From assembly GCA_964016885.1 (NCBI GenBank), contig CAXHJY010000032.1:1-28074 (forward strand): DNA of 28,074 nt, read 5' to 3'. The notes below the pieces were generated by a model, which ran no database searches, was not told the origin of the DNA, and saw only the letters and a program-made list of their open reading frames with translations. The DNA is from Eledone cirrhosa. Lineage: Eukaryota. Of the stretch, positions 28,061-28,074 are shown piece after piece (positions within the stretch are counted from its first letter, which is position 1; each line of letters opens with the position of its first letter). The translations under genes and the position numbers were made by a program.

Positions 28061-28074
28061 AAACAACATGGCGG
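28061..28074 (+). promoter_or_regulatory. YY1/start-codon-like motif at the window edge
   Basis: AAACAACATGGCGG with ATG at 28068. Downstream sequence is not visible. Confidence 0.3.

Overview
AT-rich, microsatellite-saturated non-coding animal DNA. The repeat content (tRNA-headed Deu/Nin-type SINEs, TTAA-flanked MITE, RTE LINE debris, long (TA)n/(CA)n/(TACA)n runs) points to an octopod cephalopod intron or intergenic region. No intact host protein-coding gene can be supported, and nearly all listed ORFs are simple-repeat translations. The window holds about 9 copies of one ~190-bp SINE, two decayed RTE LINE fragments (an RT core, and a C-terminus with three C2H2 fingers), an internally deleted RTE derivative, mariner- and piggyBac-type MITEs and many fold-back repeats. 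The main signal is a set of short ORF-less elements embedded in (TA)n tracts that carry type I hammerhead ribozyme folds: one canonical (16192-16260, minus), one with a single core mutation (25084-25148) and a repeated variant with a CAGAAGA core. Their ends are duplicated in inverted orientation, as in Penelope-like retroelement termini. All folds and alignments were done by eye.
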